NCBI RefSeq assembly: GCF_964194025.1
Contig: NC_134471.1
Span: 53,568,001 to 53,632,000 of the forward strand
Reading direction: 5' to 3'
DNA: 64,000 bases
DNA from: Convolutriloba macropyga
Taxonomy: Eukaryota
Position numbers and translations under genes: made by a program. Shown here piece after piece: positions 61,495 to 64,000 of this stretch. A model generated the notes under the pieces. That model saw only the letters and a list, made by a program, of their open reading frames with translations, was not told the DNA's origin and did no database searches. Position 1 is the stretch's first letter. Every line of letters begins with the position of its first letter.

Positions 61495-64000
61495 ATTGTT
61501 CCTACCCTCTTGAGGGGGGAGGAACTATATACTCAACTGGGTTTTTTTTTTTGTTCCGTGAATTTTCGCCGCTCGATATATTCATCGTAGAGAGTTGAGA
61601 CTGGTATCATTAGAAAGCTCGTCCAGCGTAGAATATGGAATTAAAAAGATTTTTTTAATTTTCGTTTTCTACAGGGAGTTATCGAGGCTTAAACTTCTGA
61701 GAAAAGAAGAGTGAATTCACGTTGTTTTTATTCACATTTTCCGGAATTTTTGCCTAAATTTTCGTCAATTTTGCTAAAATTTGTTATAATTTTTAAGAAT
61801 AGTGTCGTTGATTTTATTTTTGAAGACGAACAAGCATTTTTGATTGTTTTGATTTAATTTTTTGGTCAAAAAATCTGGATAAACATTTCAAAATTTAGCC
61901 TTTTTCATCAACAACAGCACGAAATAAGCTACTTTAGTCCACTTTGATTAAATTTGCCTACAGTACACCCCCAAACAACACTCATACAATCTTTGTAGAC
62001 TCAGAGGGGGGCTATTTCTACTTCAGAGTCCACAGAGAGTGCCTTGTAGTTAAAACTTTGCCGTTTTTTGCTAACTTTACTCGTTGATTATCAAAAATGC
62101 AAAATTTATTTTGAGTTTCAACTCAGAAATTATCTATATCTACAACATTCGAAAAATCAATTGTTCTTAACGGACAATAAGTATTAACAGGGGTAGTTTT
62201 GGGCCATTCTTGGACTGTTACAATCCAAAAAAAATCGGGTTGTAATCAGTCGGTCTTTTTTTTTTAAAAAAAAAGACCTTTTTTTTAATAATAAAGAACA
62301 GAACATATCAAATCAAAGCTCAGGAGTGATAGGTCCAACCAATTCGCTTGCTAAACAACTCCAGGCTAATGCATTTAGTTTTTTAATTGAAAGTTTATGG
62401 TCGTTTCTTTTTTAAAAATAATTGACTTTTCAATAAATAATGGCTTAATTAACTTTTCCTCTATTTTTTTTCTTAATTTGTTCAACTTCCAGCTTAGTGT
62501 CAGCAAAAAAAGACTGCTTCTTCTTTCTACTGAGTTAACATTTATTCTCGGTTGCAGTTTTAAGCCTGAAATTATTGTTTTCTGGCTTTGATACTACAAG
62601 ATTTTAGATTTTTGTTTGTTTTGATATTTGCCAGTTTTTCACGTTTTCTAATTTTGTCACATTATCACATTATTGACAGTTCTCATGTCACCTTATTAGC
62701 ATTCAAATTAAAGCACAATTGAACATATTAAAATCCTGAAAGATATAAATCATCGTTTTAATGGCCTCGACGCCTCTTTCTTGAAGAAATCAATTGAATT
62801 TTTTAATTTTGTCTTAACTGTCATTTATACTTTGTCGTTTCGGTCGTATGAAATTTCCTGTATAGTGATAGCTTTCATTGGCTTTTCATGGAAGAATAGA
62901 AAAACCGATATTCTGATATTAGCAGATAGCTGATGGCTTTTATGACTTTCAAACCCATCGTTTTCCAAAATTAAAAAAAAAAACTTTTTTAACTTCGCAA
63001 TTTTGTTCTTTTTATGTTTTTTTTTGTTACCTAATCTCGTTAGTTGATTACAGGTCAAATATGACATTATGGGTGTCAAGGGAATAAAAGGGATTGGTGT
63101 CCCAAAATCTTTTTTTTAAAGATTTTGTCCTTACTGGCTTCGACACCGCTTTTTCACAAAAAAAAATTAAATTAATTTGATTTTTGTCATATTTGACGTT
63201 CTTTTTGTAGATGCAAGAAATATTCTGGATAATTACAGGTCTCGAGGGTTTCCTTTTCATGAAAAAACGACGATATTTAAATAGCTCTTTTTGTAATTAA
63301 TGCCTTTCATGACATTGAATGTAATTTTGTTTCGAAAAAAAAATTTAAAGTATTACATACTTTAGCACTTCGCTTTTTGTCTACTTGTTACCTAGTCTTA
63401 CTAATGAATGGCCACGTACTACATTATAGCTGTTTGAAGAAGGCGCAATCAAATATATTTTGAGTGCCAAAATTTGGCTTGACGGTTTTGACAGCGTTTT
63501 CTGGCAAGTTTCAATTGAAATTTTGTTTGTTCTTTGTTGTTCTTTTTAGCCGCTCTAAAAAATGAATAAGGTCAGGTCCTAATGCCCTTCTATAGAAGCA
63601 GTGGTAATCGCAAACTTGTGGTAATATTAATTTATTCCTAATGGTATTTATTACTTTGAAGTTAATTGTTTCGAAAAAATAAGGTAATTTTTTTTTACTT
63701 TTCTGTTTTTGTTCTTTTTTGTATAATTGTTACCAAACCTTTTTATGGACTGGTCGCATATGTTTTCTGGTGATTTATAAGTTATTTTTGTTTAGTTTGA
63801 GGTTTATCTGACGGTATGTTGACTTTGTTATTAAATTTAGTTTTTAAGAGGGACATAAATTTTTTGATGTAATTAATGTTTGTTGTTGTTGTTGTTTGAT
63901 TTTGCTGTTCGTTTTGACTCGCTTTCTTAATATTGACATATTACATCAATCTAATGCATCAATTTTTACTCCACTGAGTTATTTGTTTTGGAGGTTATCT
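61495..64000 (+). mobile_element. DINE-1/HINE-like element, family C, copy 4 (inverted relative to copy 3, cut by window end)
   Basis: TTGTTCCTACCCTCTTGAGGGGGGAGGAACTATATACTCAA at 61496 is the reverse complement of the 54384-54425 end. Reverse-complement similarity continues to the window end (63969 ACTCCACTGAGTT vs 51250 AACTCAGTGGAG). Confidence 0.8.

Overview
AT-rich, repeat-laden genomic DNA from an animal, most likely an invertebrate (species cannot be determined from sequence). It has spliceosomal introns and a 200-N scaffold gap at 30019-30218. I reconstructed five protein-coding genes by hand: (1) a C21orf58/DUF4587-like gene (+, about 10 exons, 3295-25926); (2) BLOC1S2 (+, 3 exons, 28067-34927), whose two introns both appear to use GC donors; (3) an intronless steroid 5-alpha-reductase SRD5A1/2-like gene (-, 35626-36528); (4) a Polycomb/CBX gene with chromodomain and Pc-box (+, 37551-45470); (5) a divergent proton-activated chloride channel PACC1/TMEM206-like gene (+, from 50313, running past the window end). 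The first 3 kb hold decayed Ty3/Gypsy gag and LINE ORF1/APE remnants. Introns and intergenic DNA are dominated by at least three families of non-autonomous elements with Helentron/DINE-1 (HINE)-like termini. These elements nest, share internal modules across families, carry internal tandem repeats, and in one case contain a tRNA-like Pol III cassette. Other structures are a ~750-bp intronic foldback, a 90-bp spacerless palindrome, a 1.43-kb near-identical tandem duplication, and inverted HINE copies bracketing exons 2-8 of the PAC-like gene. All homology calls are by-eye comparisons to remembered sequences; no searches were run.
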